A DNA stretch of 64,000 nucleotides. Origin: Pecten maximus (taxonomy: Eukaryota). The stretch spans positions 34,472,001 through 34,536,000 of the forward strand of contig NC_047025.1 of the NCBI RefSeq assembly GCF_902652985.1, read 5' to 3'. Below, piece by piece: positions 41,601 to 54,463 of the stretch; the first letter of the stretch is position 1, and each line of letters begins with the position of its first letter. The position numbers were made by a program, and so were the translations under genes. The notes under the pieces were generated by a model that was not told the DNA's origin, ran no database searches, and saw only the letters and a list, made by a program, of their open reading frames with translations.

Positions 41601-42362
41601 TTCGGACTAGGATGTAGTATGATCACTGATATAGATTATACAGTGCAATTTATATTGGTTCCAGAAATATTACATGTGTAAGTTCATTGATCCAAATTTT
41701 AACACTTGTAAGACAAAACTAAAGGGAGTCCTAATTGTTTTCAGAGCAGTAAGTTGCATTCATTTCTCCAAATGACAATTGCAGCATATTTAATTTGTGA
41801 CAACTATATGAGACATAACACTTTCCATTGTTTGTCCTAGTTGTGACTTTTCAATAAAAAATAAACATTTAAATGGAACTTTAATTACTGCATACTGTTG
41901 ATAATTATATTCATGGTGAATGGAACGGAAATAGTATGCTTATGTATAATACAATAAAGTTATTTGCGAAGCTTATACTTATAGATCATACTTATTGTAA
42001 AGTAGTGGGAAACTTCTTGTTTTGTGCGGGATGTGATCATGACCTTCACAGACAAGTACATTTATAAACTTGATATGATACAGATGATATAAATTAAAAG
42101 TGACTACACAGTAGAGAGGTTTCTTTCTATAAAAGTTGAAATGGGTTTACGATATACGGGCCTATACAGTAAAGTAGGTCAACCAAATGGTTTAAGAATT
42201 ATATATTTAAATTATTGAATTCATCAGGAAACTACCCACTTGATCAAGCTCCAAAAACAGTGCCTGTTCTCCCGATCTTGTAACAGCGACTTTCTTGATG
42301 TTTTCCTGTTGGTTCTTGGCAGAAAGACGAGAATTGATGGGTAAAGTTTTCGGAGGATCCAT
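14660..42362 (-). CDS. ELMO: Engulfment and cell motility protein (ELMO/CED-12), complete, 22 coding exons, ~737 aa
   Basis: Exons in transcript order: 42240-42362, 41307-41347, 40916-40991, 40688-40738, 40241-40410, 39845-39944, 38276-38361, 35954-36031, 35367-35439, 34995-35045, 34142-34264, 33689-33799, 33391-33498, 32988-33096, 25957-26093, 23212-23381, 21796-21911, 21146-21247, 19920-19996, 19236-19250, 15613-15753, 14660-14815. All GT-AG and phase-consistent, 2214 nt in total. Motifs match ELMO1: [112 protein letters not shown]. Confidence 0.97.
14977..15233 (+). mobile_element. Degenerate short HINE-like element
   Basis: 5' palindrome gtattgtttaagcaatac, a (caga)n/gacg microsatellite and an imperfect 3' stem-loop. 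Confidence 0.45.
17432..18655. repeat. Minisatellite with 20/23-bp units, interrupted by a SINE
   Basis: Unit atcactcctacatgtctcct(tct). It explains the spurious ORFs at 17399-18748. Confidence 0.95.
17570..17795 (+). mobile_element. tRNA-derived SINE with V-domain core (V-SINE-like), full length
   Basis: A box tggccgagtgg, B box gttcgaaac, V-core ctccgggtactccggctttcctccac, tail ...taggacgttaaacaaaaacaaaccaaacc. Flanked on both sides by tcctacatgtct. Confidence 0.85.
19236..19250 (-). CDS. ELMO: ELMO 15-nt microexon (QSKVQ) in the PH-domain region
   Basis: ctttcag|CAATCAAAAGTACAG|gtaag, phase 0-0. It sits where human ELMO1 has ..KQNKEV.. Confidence 0.75.
20042..20110 (-). mobile_element. 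Degenerate tRNA-like SINE head
   Basis: Minus strand reads cctgtagctcacttggtagagtgg...gggattgatcctcagtggaggc. The A box is retained and the B box has decayed. Confidence 0.5.
20322..20980. repeat. 44-bp tandem repeat x~15
   Basis: Unit tactgacagatacctggtgtctattgatacattaaaacttacaa. Confidence 0.95.
22190..22390 (+). mobile_element. Short HINE-like element
   Basis: aactagaaaatgtctattaagacat (5' palindrome), (ggaca)n microsatellite, 3' stem atgcccccc..ggaggcat plus A-run. Confidence 0.55.
22640..22995 (-). mobile_element. tRNA-derived SINE with Meta-domain-like core (MetaSINE-like), degenerate
   Basis: Minus strand carries cgactggtttgcctgttgtcagtataaagtgaacaggtggggtgt (Meta-like core) and the tail gtccttagatggccttagctgataggacgttaaat, which is shared with the V-SINE at 17570. 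Confidence 0.7.
23690..25492 (+). mobile_element. HINE/pearl-like element carrying a ~155-bp satellite array (~9-10 units)
   Basis: 5' aacaagagatcccagagggatctt plus gcccacca sub-TIR. The anchor atccaagatggctgcc recurs at 24171, 24327, 24486, 24641, 24796, 24951, 25106, 25261. Then a (ggac)n microsatellite and the 3' hairpin tagcccaccatc-tgat-gatggtgggcta plus A-run. Confidence 0.85.
27998..29545 (+). mobile_element. Degenerate or nested HINE-like elements
   Basis: 5' aaacaagaggcccagagggcctgtatcgctcacctg; internal ttgacccc/tgacctt motifs similar to the element at 46685. The 3' boundary is uncertain. Confidence 0.55.
32168..33010 (-). repeat. 30/31-bp minisatellite (~27 copies) derived from the ELMO exon 14 3' end plus donor
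   Basis: Unit on the minus strand aatcctaaagataggagagccac|gtaagttt. The first unit is the real exon/intron junction at 32988. Confidence 0.95.
33892..34115. repeat. 19-bp minisatellite x~11
   Basis: Unit taattagactatacagatc. Confidence 0.9.
36318..38321 (-). repeat. 41/50-bp minisatellite (~43 copies) derived from the ELMO exon 7 3' end plus donor
   Basis: Unit on the minus strand tgtatacaggccggtctggag(atcctggag)tgtatagtattacatag|gta. The first unit is coding sequence ([16 protein letters not shown]). Confidence 0.95.
38735..39844. repeat. 17-bp minisatellite (~65 copies) starting at base +1 of ELMO intron 6
   Basis: Unit gatatactgtaggatgt. It explains the spurious 408-aa and 390-aa ORFs. 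Confidence 0.95.
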
Positions 42363-42861
42363 CTTGGTTATAAAATGCAGATCTTTAGGTCTTCCGTGAC
42401 CCAAACTTAGACCCACATGAAAACTAATATGAATTCGAGAAGTTCACTATGTTCGATCTGTCAACTGGTTTCGCAGTGTTACTCGTATTATGAAGTTGTA
42501 CAAATGTTTAAATGGAAATAACTATATAAATATGAGACCAATACTACTCTGGTAGGCCCATCTAATGTCTCCATTGTGTGTTAACAAATCATCTTTACAC
42601 TTATAACTGCAGTTGTTGCTTTTCTCTTCCCCTTTCCTTTCAGCTTCCTGTTTTCGTCTTCCTCATCAGTGTCACACAAGAGCTTGAACTGTGGGGCTCC
42701 GGTGGGAAAATGTTACTCTAGCGGGAAACACAAGTTATTAAAAACGATAATTTTCAAACGATGTTTTCTATTTAAAACTGGGGATAAATTATTCTGATTT
42801 CACATAATTTTGATTTTTTTTTATTATTAGAAAGATATAGGCGAATTCAAAACTGTATATG

Positions 42862-42889
42862 GTGTCAGGGCCAGAGGAAACTCGGGCTA
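42862..42889. repeat. 28-bp TIR-like sequence, exact inverted copy of 59180-59207
   Basis: gtgtcagggccagaggaaactcgggcta. Confidence 0.9.
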
Positions 42890-43184
42890 ATTAACCTGAT
42901 GTTTCTATTTTTCTAGAAACGAGTTAATATTGTGTTTATGACGTCATAACCCTATTATCAAGATAAATGTAATGCAATTCCACCCTTTTGCAAACAATTA
43001 AGTTTTATTTCTTATACATGTATGAACATTAATGACATTTGATTTGGCCAGATATACTATCTATCACTATAATGTTGACAGTTGTAGATATCACCTAATC
43101 GTTTTAGTGATATATTACCTATTCAAATTGAATTGGTGATACAGTATCAATAATTCTGGAGAATCAAGTGATATCGCCAATTTG

Positions 43185-46100
43185 TTACAGTAATATCACA
43201 AATTCATTATAGTAATATCACTAATTCATTATAGTAACATCACTAATTCATTATAGTAACATCACTAATTCGTTATAGTAATATCACCAATTTGTTAAAG
43301 TAATATCACTAATTCATTATAGTAATATCACTAATTCATTATAGTAACATCACTAATTCATTATAGTAACATCACTAATTCATTATAGTAATATCACCAA
43401 TTTGTTAAAGTAATATCACTAATTCATTATAGTAATATCACTAATTCATTATAGTAACATCACTAATTCATTATAGTAATATCACTAATTCATTATAGTA
43501 ATATCACTAATTCATTATAGTAATATCACTAATTCATTATAGTAACATCACTAATTCATTATAGTAATATCACTAATTCATTATAGTAATATCACTAATT
43601 CATTATAGTAACATCACTAATTCATTATAGTAACATCACTAATTCATTATAGTAATATCACTAATTCATTATAGTAATATCACTAATTCATTATAGTAAC
43701 ATCACTAATTCATTATAGTAACATCACTAATTCATTATAGTAATATCACTAATTCATTATAGTAACATCACTAATTCATTATAGTAACATCACTAATTCA
43801 TTATAGTAATATCACTAATTCATTATAGTAACATCACTAATTCATTATAGTAACATCACTAATTCATTATAGTAGTATCACTAATTCATTATAGTAACAT
43901 CACTAATTCATTATAGTAATATCACTAATTCATTATAGTAACATCACTAATTCATTATAGTAATATCACTAATTCATTATAGTAATATCACTAATTCATT
44001 ATAGTAACATCACTAATTCATTATAGTAATATCACTAATTCATTATAGTAACATCACTAATTCATTATAGTAATATCACTAATTCATTATAGTAACATCA
44101 CTAATTCATTATAGTAACATCACTAATTCATTATAGTAATATCACCTAATCGTTACAGTAATATCACCTAATCATTACAGTAATATCACCTAATCATTAC
44201 AGTAATATCACCAATTTGTTAAAGTAATATCACTAATTCATTATAGTAACGTCACTAATTCATTATAGTAATATCACCTAATGGTTACAGTAATATCACC
44301 TAATGGTTACAGTAATATAACCTAATCGTTACAGTAATATCACCTAATCATTACAGTAATATCACCTAATGGTTACAGTAATATCACCTAATTGTTACAG
44401 TAATATCACCTAATTGTTACAGTAATATCACCTAATCGTTACAGTAATATCACCTAATCATTACAGTAATATCACCTAATTGTTACAGTAATATCACCTA
44501 ATTGTTACAGTAATATCACCTAATCGTTACAGTAATATCACCTCATCATTACAGTAATATCACCTAATCATTACAGTAATATCACCTAATTGTTACAGTA
44601 ATATCACTTCATCATTATAGTAATATCACCTAATCATTACAGTAATATCACCTCATCATTACAGTAATATCACCTAATCATTACAGTAATATCACCTAAT
44701 TGTTACAGTAATATCACCTAATTGTTAAAGTAATATCACCTAACTGTTACAGTAATATCACCTTATCGTTACAGTAATATCACCTAATCGTTACAGTAAT
44801 ATCACCTAATCATTACAGTAATATCACCTAATCATTACAGTAATATCACCTAATTGTTAAAGTAATATCACCTAATCGTTATAGTAATATCACCTAATCA
44901 TTACAGTTATATCACCTAACTGTTACAGTAATATCACCTAATCTGTACAGTAATATCACCTAATCGTTACAGTAATATCACCTTATTGTTACAGTAATAT
45001 CACCTAATCGTTACAGTAATATCACCTAATTGTTAAAGTAATATCACCTAATCGTTATAGTAATATCACCTAATCATTACAGTTATATCACCTAACTGTT
45101 ACAGTAATATCACCTAATCTTTACAGTAATATCACCTAATCTTTACAGTAATATCACCTAATCGTTACAGTAATATCACCTAACTGTTACAGTTATATCA
45201 CCTAACTGTTACAGTAATATCACCTAATCGTTACAGTAATATCACCTAATCATTACAGTAATATCACCTAATGGTTACAGTTATATCATCTAATTGTTAC
45301 AGTAATATCATCTAATTGTTACAGTAATATCACCTAATTGTTAAAGTAATATCACCTAACTGTTACAGTAATATCACCTTATCGTTACAGTAATATCACC
45401 TAATCGTTACAGTAATATCACCTAATCATTACAGTAATATCACCTAATCATTACAGTAATATCACCTAACTGTTACAGTAATATCACCTTATCGTTACAG
45501 TAATATCACCTAATCGTTAAAGTAATATCACCTAATCGTTATAGTAATATCACCTAATCATTACAGTTATATCACCTAACTGTTACAGTAATATCACCTA
45601 ATCTTTACAGTAATATCACCTAATCTTTACAGTAATATCACCTAATCGTTACAGTAATATCACCTAATTGTTACAGTAATATCACCTAATCTTTACAGTA
45701 ATATCACCTAATCTTTACAGTAATATCACCTAATCTTTACAGTAATATCACCTAATCTTTACAGTAATATCACCTAATCGTTACAGTAATATCACCTAAT
45801 CGTTACAGTAATATCACCTAATGGTTACAGTTATATCATCTAATTGTTACAGTAATATCACCTAATTGTTAAAGTAATATCACCTAACTGTTACAGTAAT
45901 ATCACCTTATCGTTACAGTAATATCACCTAATCGTTACAGTAATATCACCTTATTGTTACAGTAATATCACTTAATCGTTACAGTAATATCACCTAATTG
46001 TTAAAGTAATATCACCTAATCGTTATAGTAATATCACCTAATCATTACAGTTATATCACCTAACTGTTACAGTAATATCACCTAATCTTTACAGTAATAT

Positions 46101-46565
46101 CACCTAATCATTACAGTAATATCACCTAATTGTTACAGTAATATCACCTAATCGTTACAGTAATATCACCTAATTGTTACAGTCATATCACCTAATCATT
46201 ACAGTAATATCACCTAATCATTACAGTAATATCACCTAATCATTACAGTAATATCACCTAATCATTACAGTAATATCACCTAATTGTTACAGTAATATCA
46301 CCTAATTGTTACAGTAATATCACCTAATCGTTTCAGTAATATCACCTAATTGTTACAGTAATATCACCTAATTGTTACAGTAATATCACCTAATCATTAC
46401 AGTAATATCACCTAATTGTTACAGTAATATCACCTAATTGTTACAGTAATATCACCTAATCGTTTACGTAAAATCACCTAATTGTTACAGTAATATCACC
46501 TAATCATTACAGTAATATCACCTTATCGTTACAGTAATATCACCTTATCGTTAAAGTAATATCTA
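43185..46565. repeat. 22-bp satellite, ~150 copies, in two sub-arrays
   Basis: Variant A agtaatatcactaattcattat (~43190-44140); variant B agtaatatcacctaatcgttac (~44140-46560). Confidence 0.97.
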
Positions 46566-46684
46566 ATAGTTAATGTAATATCACCTAACTAATTGTTACA
46601 GTAATAACACCAATTAATTGTGGTGACGTCAACCTTTCATTGTGAATATCACCTAAAACTTTTAGTGACATCACTTAATTGAGT

Positions 46685-47493
46685 AACAAGAGGCCCATGG
46701 GCCTTAACGGTCACCTGAGATTTGAATTATTTCATTTAATCTAATTGACCCATTTTGGCCCCACCCATCAGTCCAAGGGGTCAGTCAGGGCCAACATGTG
46801 CATATCATTAAGCTGTCATCCCATGCTGATAATTTTAAGAAAGTTAGAATGAATTCCAATAGAAATCCAACAAATAATAGTCAAAAATGTGATTTCCCTA
46901 TATAAACTATAGTGAAGTTTTCCCCCTCCCCAGGGGCAAACGTGAGACCCCAGGGTCATGAAATTCACAATTTTGGTAAAGCAACATAAGACCCTTCCAT
47001 CTTTGAAGCGTGTTTGATACTACCATATCTGAGAGTTAGAAAAGAAGATTTAGGAAATTTCAGTCAATTTGACCCTTTTTAGCCCCGCCCATCAGCCTCT
47101 GGGGGTCAGTCAGGGCCAACATGTGCATACCATCAAACTGTTATCCCATGCTGATAATGTTAACCAGGTTAGAATGAATTCCAATACAAATCCAACAAAT
47201 AATAGCCAAAAATGTGATTTCCCTATATAAACTATAGTGAAGTTTTAGTCAATTTGATCTTTTTTGGCCCCACCCCTCAGGCCCCTGGGGGGTGAGGACC
47301 ATATAATTCACACTTTTGATTGACCTTCAGCCATAGAAACTTTCTGCCAAATTTCATTGAATTTGGTTAAGCGGCTTTGGAGAAGAAGTCAAAAATGTAA
47401 ATTGTTTACGGACACACGACGGACGACGGACGACAACGGACAAAAGGCGATTAGAATAGGTCACTTGAGACTTCGTCTCAGGTGACCTAAAAA
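46685..47493 (+). mobile_element. HINE/pearl-like element
   Basis: aacaagaggcccatgggcctt plus ggtcacctgag sub-TIR, two ~320-bp internal repeats, (gacg)n microsatellite, 3' hairpin taggtcacttgagac-ttc-gtctcaggtgaccta plus A-run. Confidence 0.85.
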
Positions 47494-48959
47494 GTAAATT
47501 GGTTCCATATACTAGTATTGGAGTTGATACCAAATCCAGTTCATGCTAATTACATGTATCACTATAAATATCCCAAGTAAATATAATCACATTAATCGCC
47601 ATTATCAAATCAATATATTACACAGAAAATATTCATTTACATTCATTTATTTTGATTTCATAACACTATAGTTACATATCAAATCTTTTGCATATATTGT
47701 AGAAACTTGCTTTTTCTCTTCATTCTTGAAGTCATTTTGGCTCCATATAACTAGTCAATCCACTGTGACAGTAATAAAACATACAAGTGTGTTGCGTCAA
47801 TTTCTTATCTTTTTACCACTTCACAGTAGGTCATATTACATTAGTGTATAATTGGGTCATATACAATAATGAATTATATGTATATAAAATAAATATGTAT
47901 ACAGGTATGTTGTAAATAGTTTGGTTAATTATTTAAGTATGGTTTGTGTTGTGTCCATGGTATTATAACAGTAAGGCTATCATACTACATTTTACCTGTG
48001 GGCGTGAGTTAAATTTAAGGGTGTGCACATTCCTTTGTCTGTGTAATATATATGTATGTGAGGGTATGTGTATAAGTGTGTTTTAGTGGTCACCAACAGA
48101 CTGGACATGTGACAGTTCTGACGGTTATAATAAGTGAGACAGTTTTGAATTTGTGTTTAAGTATTTCTCCGTGTGATTGATTAGGTTGTGTGACCAAATT
48201 AGAAATGATGTTTTAATGATTTGTTTAATAATACACACTTATATGTTGGTATATGTGTATACTGTTCTGACAAGACAGTAAGGCTGCCATAAAGTATGAA
48301 TCTTATCAGTCAAACAAGTGTTAAATATTTACTGCGATATACATGACATAATTTAAGATGTTTTGTACTAGTACTTTGACCTGTAGAATGTTACCCGTGT
48401 GCCTCCGTCAACACACGATACATGTTGTAAGTGTGTTGTTATTTTTACTGGAAATATCATGTCTAAATTTTATATTTTGATTTGATCTGATCCATCTATT
48501 CATGTAAATGAGGGTAAAATGAAACCATATCATTTCGCTTATATTAATAAGATATTAATAGACAGTAATTTGTCTATAGAGAGAGTGAGTTTTTGATGTG
48601 AGAGTTACATGTAGATCTAGGGCTTAAGATCTCTTATTGTATGTTTCAGAATGTTTTTAATCTCCTTGATACAATAAATATGTTGAAGAATGCACCCAGC
48701 GTCTTTGTCATTCAATAGCATTTATTCACCTGTTACATAAATTACTGTGTACAGTAGTTCAAATACAATAACAGATCACACATGGAACTTGGCCTCCATC
48801 ATTGATAATTTCTCATCTCCCTTTTCTAGTAATATGTTCAATAATCCGTTCAGCTGTTTTTCAAAATGTTAACTAAGTAATAATTCTATTCAATACATGG
48901 ACTAGAAGAGCAAAGTTAGACAAGAAAACATGTCAACATTCAAATGGCAACATTTGATC

Positions 48960-49027
48960 CAACTTCGCTAGCCAAGGGTGTTCAATACGGTACTCTCCTA
49001 TTTGAACACCCTTGGCTAGCGAAGTTG
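48960..49027. mobile_element. 68-bp hairpin MITE with a 9-bp TSD
   Basis: 26-bp perfect TIR caacttcgctagccaagggtgttcaa / ttgaacacccttggctagcgaagttg, flanked by catttgatc at 48951-48959 and 49028-49036. Confidence 0.9.
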
Positions 49028-49342
49028 CATTTGATCATGCAGGCTCTAAATTTGGTATGTTCACCTTGACACCATACCAAACATGTCCCAAGTTTCAAGA
49101 CGGTGTTGGCTTAAATATTACATAGTTACCCCTGAATAAAGTGGTTGTTGTACCTGAAACTAGATATACAACACATAAAATGATCCTAGTGTGTTACAGA
49201 ACCTTGCCTGAAGTAAGGAAACACCTGTGATTCATTTGTCAATCTGATTTTAATCCTCTCCTCTCATCCATGAACCTGGCAAGAATATAAAACCATAAGA
49301 AAGTGATGAAAAACATATTATGAAAGTTAATCATTTTAACAG

Positions 49343-52300
49343 GACAATATCAAACTAAGTGGACAATAACTGAAACACCATATTATAATGTGTCTAACGA
49401 ACGCTAGGTTGTTTATCCTTCATAAAAAATGGGTCCATAGACCTTGAATTGATCCAGGATCCTGTTGGATGACTTCGCCCAAAAGGCGAATAAAAATGTA
49501 CTGAAGAAGCTGTCTGAGGTACCAACGACGGTTCCCCAAGAACTGTTTGATTTTCATCCTAACGACATGGTTGAAACTGTCAACAAAAGGGTGAGAAAAC
49601 AAAAAAATACCACAGATGCCGACATAGAAGAATCGGAAGTACCACCCCTCAAAAAGCCTAAAGGCAAAGCAGGTAAAGTGACGACAAAGAGGTTAGAAGA
49701 AGCAGCCTCTAATAGGACATCACAAGAAATAATTAGCGAAATTAGGAAGGCTACAGATCTAGAGATACAGCCTTTGTAGGGAAAGTTTCGTAAAGATGAC
49801 AGTCCAACAGACAAAGTTTCGTAAAGATGACAGTCCAACAGACAAAGTTTCGTAAAGATGACAGTCCAACAGACAATCGGGATCAATTTTCCAACATGCA
49901 GGATGTACAAAGCGATACTTATGTAACAGGAGAAAGAGAAAATGTAGCAGATTTTAATTCCTTCTACTGTAACACCGACCTATCCTCCACATGGACCATA
50001 GTACAAGGATTGAGTAATGACATGCCGGGTGTACCACAGGAAGATACACTGAACAAGGTACCATGCAGGTATGTAAATGTTGGAATTAAATTTCAAAATA
50101 CCACAGTACTAATCATAATCGTACAGACAACATGAATTTGTATTTTAAATGAACACTCTTACATGTTAACATAACTTCGGTGTAATACAGTATTGAGATG
50201 CCTTGTGATAATACCATTGTATATAAATACAAGTCATTAAACACCAAACCTATAGCTTAAGTAACCACATTGACATTGAGAAAGAATTTTAACAAATTTA
50301 TATTAATTACAATTCCATCGCATGATTAATATGTTGGAGATTGTAACTGATCCAGCTACCATAGATTGGTTGAAGAAATGTTTAAACCATTTCAAAAAGT
50401 CAACATGTCACCATTCCAACATGGCTAATTGCTTTGAAGTAATTAAGTACCTGGGCATGACATTTTCAGTTGAAACTGTACTCTCAAACTATGTCTTGCA
50501 TTTAAAGCCTCAACTACGTATTCAAAATTTACTAAGGAGTATATGCTATATATGTCAGAGTGATTAGAATTAATATCATGTGTACATAAACAAGTCATAG
50601 TTGTTCTTTTCTATGTAATTCTAACTTTAATTTTGTTACTCTCCGTTATTGGTGCAGAGTTGAAACTTTGAACATACCTGGTATTATAAAATTATGAAAA
50701 TGTCTTGATTTCTCTCAAAATATTATTATGATTATCATTATTTTAGAAAAGTTTTAGCTTCACATCATTAAATCTATCCAAAAGTGATAAGCATGAATTT
50801 CACTGATTGCTATACTCAAAATAATTTAGAATATTTTTAAAAATTGTAGACTGCACCTGTCGCTCAAGGCCAAACATTTGTTCCCTGGAAACGTACAGAC
50901 TGGGGTTCCTACTCAAACAGGATGAACACACCTTCATTTGCAATAGGAAGTGAGGCACAAGCACAGACTAGCTACTTTAACCAGGCAGATTTCAATTACA
51001 GTATGGTATGTTGCATTTCTAACATAATTAATACTCTATCTTTCTGATTTTTAATAATTCATTAAAAACGATAAGTAATATTCGGTTTCCCATCATGAGT
51101 GTTTCATTATCCAGTTTAGTATACTGGAAGCAAAAACCTTCTTTAATGTATGCTTGTCAATAATTATTGACTTATTGGTTATTTTGATGGTTGTTTTAAG
51201 TTATAATTACTGGTAAATAAAAGAAAACATAAATAAAAGAAAAATTCTATCAAAAGTGATGTACATGTACTAAACTAGGTAATATGAATATTGATGTTTT
51301 GATAGCTTTTCTAATGAAGAGAAGACAAGATTTACTTCAGTTATTATTGCATTGCAGGGAGATTCTCAACACTTCACGCATAGAAACCCAAGTTATGTCA
51401 ATTTAGACTCTCAGGATAAAGAAGTAAGTGATTTTTTCATCTAAATGACTTTAAATAAATTTTCTCATTTCCTGCTTCTTTAATTCTTCTGGTTCAAATG
51501 AGCTTAAACTTTGCAAGAGTGTAGTAGAAAGGAAGACAAAGTGTTAAAAATTTTTTGAGACTGTTGGAAATCAAAGATGGCTACATGGCATATATTGAAA
51601 AGAGAGCACTAACTGTGATATTTCAATGAAACTTGTCAAAACTGGTTCTGAGGTGATCTTTAAAAATGTCCTGGAGTTTATTTTTTGTTATGGTGGGTGG
51701 GATCTACTTTTTTTGTAGTGCCATAGTTGCCATCTTCGGCCTGATTAACTTCCAAAGAGTTATATATCATGTTAGTGGAAACGTCATGCTGACAAAGCTG
51801 TTTGTGATATGTATTTACAATATAACTGGTACCTTGTGTTTTATAAATATTTTTTTAAAGAAAATAAGTGTGTCTTAAGAAAGATTGGACAATGATAACA
51901 TTTTTCATGGTTGTTACAGATGTATACAGAAGCCCTTCCCACACTTGCTCCAGTGCCTCCAAATCTGCATTCTTCTAACAGCACTTCAGTGATGGTAAGA
52001 ATTTGCTTTAAATCTTGAAACAGAAATTCCAATGTATGTATCTATTTCAAATCTGAATAGAATAGCATAAGCTAAGAAGTAAAGTTCACTAGAATACTGT
52101 AAGCTGTTATTGAAATATACGTGTCACTGTACTTGAAGTGTTTCAATTTTTTACAGGATCATTCAACACCTCTCAGAAGATCGCCACAGAAATCTCAGAA
52201 TACAGAGCATGACCTTGAGAACATTGTTGAAGATGGAAGTATTTCTGCCTTTTTCATTTTATGTTATCTAAGATAAATTCTACATATCAAACTCCATTCA

Positions 52301-53536
52301 TTCCTTTGTTTCAAGAAAATAAGTGTTCGTCAAGAAAATGAAAAACAGAAAATGATAAGCAATATGTTTCATGGTTGTTACAGATGTATCCAGAAGCCCT
52401 TCCCACACTTGCTCCATTACATTCCACACCTCTCAGAAAATCGCCACGGAAATCTCAGAAACACAGCATGACATTGAGGACAGTCCAAAGGGTGTCGACG
52501 ATGTATGTATTTTTTTCTGTATTTGACTTTTGTAATTTGTTACATCCTGCAGATAAGACCAAATTTCTTACTCTGGCATTGTTCATTACAACTGCTGTAA
52601 AACCTTTTTAACTGTTTAACTTTAAAATAAGAAGCAGTCATCTAAATGAAAATCATATACGGTAAGCATATTGCATTATATCATATGGCAGTTATCTGAT
52701 GTTTCTAACCATGTTCTTCTTGTTTCATTCAGAAAGTAAAACTTCTTGAAAAGTATGGCTTCATGGTGTCTGGTGAGAGGCTTCGCCATGCATGTCAGTT
52801 AGCAAAGAAGGCAGGCAAGCCCTGGTACTCGTTAACAATGAAACTGATGCCTCTTTTATTTGAAGAGAGGGAGATGGCTTAATCACGAGGCCAGGGACAT
52901 GCAAGCAGAAAAGAAGGAGATCATCGATCAGACTTGGACAAACTTCATCTCTCTGCCATCAAAGGTGAGAATATAAGAATATTCCTCACACCCTCAAAGG
53001 ATCTATATATTGTGTCACTTGTGACTTAAAGGGAATTCTCATTATAAGTTGTTTTCTGTATTAAATATGTAAAATTAACCTTTTCATTAATTATGTATTC
53101 AGCCCTAATGTTTCACACAATGCATATCATATGCTCGTGATACAATACCATTTGCATATGACTTCAGATGTTGCAGATACCCAACCAACCAAAAACTGAA
53201 AGAATAATGCTTTTTAAATGGTGATCATGAAATTTCTGAAATAACAAAAATTCAATTTTTGTGGGTGCAGGCAACACAATCACTTCTGTGGAATTCTAGT
53301 TTACAGCGCTTAAGATGCATATACTTGGTATGACACTCTATTCGTTTTTTAATATAAGTTTAGGATACATTTTTGAGAAAAGCAGGGGAATTTAATAATG
53401 CAATACAACTTTTTTTCCAGACTTCATAATAGCGTTCTGCAGGAAGAACCAGCTGGTGGTGCCAGATCTTAAAGACTTTAACAAGCCCATCAATGAAAGG
53501 ATCAGCTATGTCAGAAAGAAGTCTTTGAATGCTTGA
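49343..53536 (+). pseudogene. Decayed multi-exon BEN-domain protein gene
   Basis: Exon-like blocks at ~49343-50068, 50850-51004, 51358-51423, 51920-51994, 52157-52238, 52384-52502, 52733-52964, 53421-53536. The last two splice to ...LTMKLMPLLFEEREMA*SRGQGHASRKEGDHRSDLDKLHLSAIK|DFIIAFCRKNQLVVPDLKDFNKPINERISYVRKK, a BEN-like pattern. Lesions: in-frame TAA at 52880-52882, stop at 49777-49779, frame-breaking 31-bp triplication at 49783-49873. Confidence 0.7.
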
Positions 53537-53594
53537 AATCGGACTGATTTGTTGTGCCAGAGATATAGAACAAACACTTACCAAATATGTTGGC

Positions 53595-54327
53595 TTATGC
53601 GGAAAAAAAATCATTATTGAACCAATATATATTTTTGAAATTGGACTAATTCGTTTTCCTATTTTTTCTATTTACTTTGAAAATGTTTTTAATTAGGAAA
53701 AAAAAGGAGAAATAAGTGAATGGTGACACTTTATGAAATAACCGTCATAGTGTTTTTGTAGCCCATTAGAAATCCTGAAGACGCCTCCAACTTATTTTTT
53801 TAATAAACCAAGAAAACCTATCCATTCTATAAAAATCAAATCGGAATTACCTTCAAAATCCTATCAAGTTTTCAAAAAAATCCTATTGGGTTTTCAGCAA
53901 AATCCTATCAAGTTTTCAAAAAAATCCTATTGGGTTTTCAGAAAAATCCTATGAGGTTTTCAGAAAAATCCTATCAGGTTTTCAGAAAAACCCTATCGTA
54001 TTTTTCTAAAATCCAATTGGATTTTTATCTAACCTCTAGATGCAGATGATACAACTGAAGGAATCACAAGTGGTTTTCCTGCACGGATTTTGAAATCTGA
54101 CTGGATTTTTTTTACAAACGGATTTTCCATATAAGGAAAATCTGACTCTATTCATTTAAATATTACCACCCTGATTTCCGACTAGATATTGGTTTCTCCG
54201 ACAGCATTTTCAAAAATACGACTAGCTTTTGATAGAATATAAAGAGAGGAAAATATCCGTACAGATTTTGCTTTCGATAACCCGATCAGATTCCATTTGC
54301 TGCCCGACTGGATTATTTCGTACAGGG
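53595..54327. mobile_element. Probable non-autonomous DNA element with ~21-bp sub-terminal repeats (EnSpm/CACTA-like?)
   Basis: Repeated aaaatcctat..gttttca motifs at 53855-54020 and a ...cgtacaggg end. The left terminus is not clearly defined. Confidence 0.35.
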
Positions 54328-54463
54328 AGTACACAATGGGTATATATAGATGTTCACCCTACATAATCAAACTGTCCATGCATTGTACACAATGGGTATA
54401 TATAGATGTTTACCCTACATAATCAAACTGTCCATGCAAGTTCATTCAATTCTAGCTATTCTG

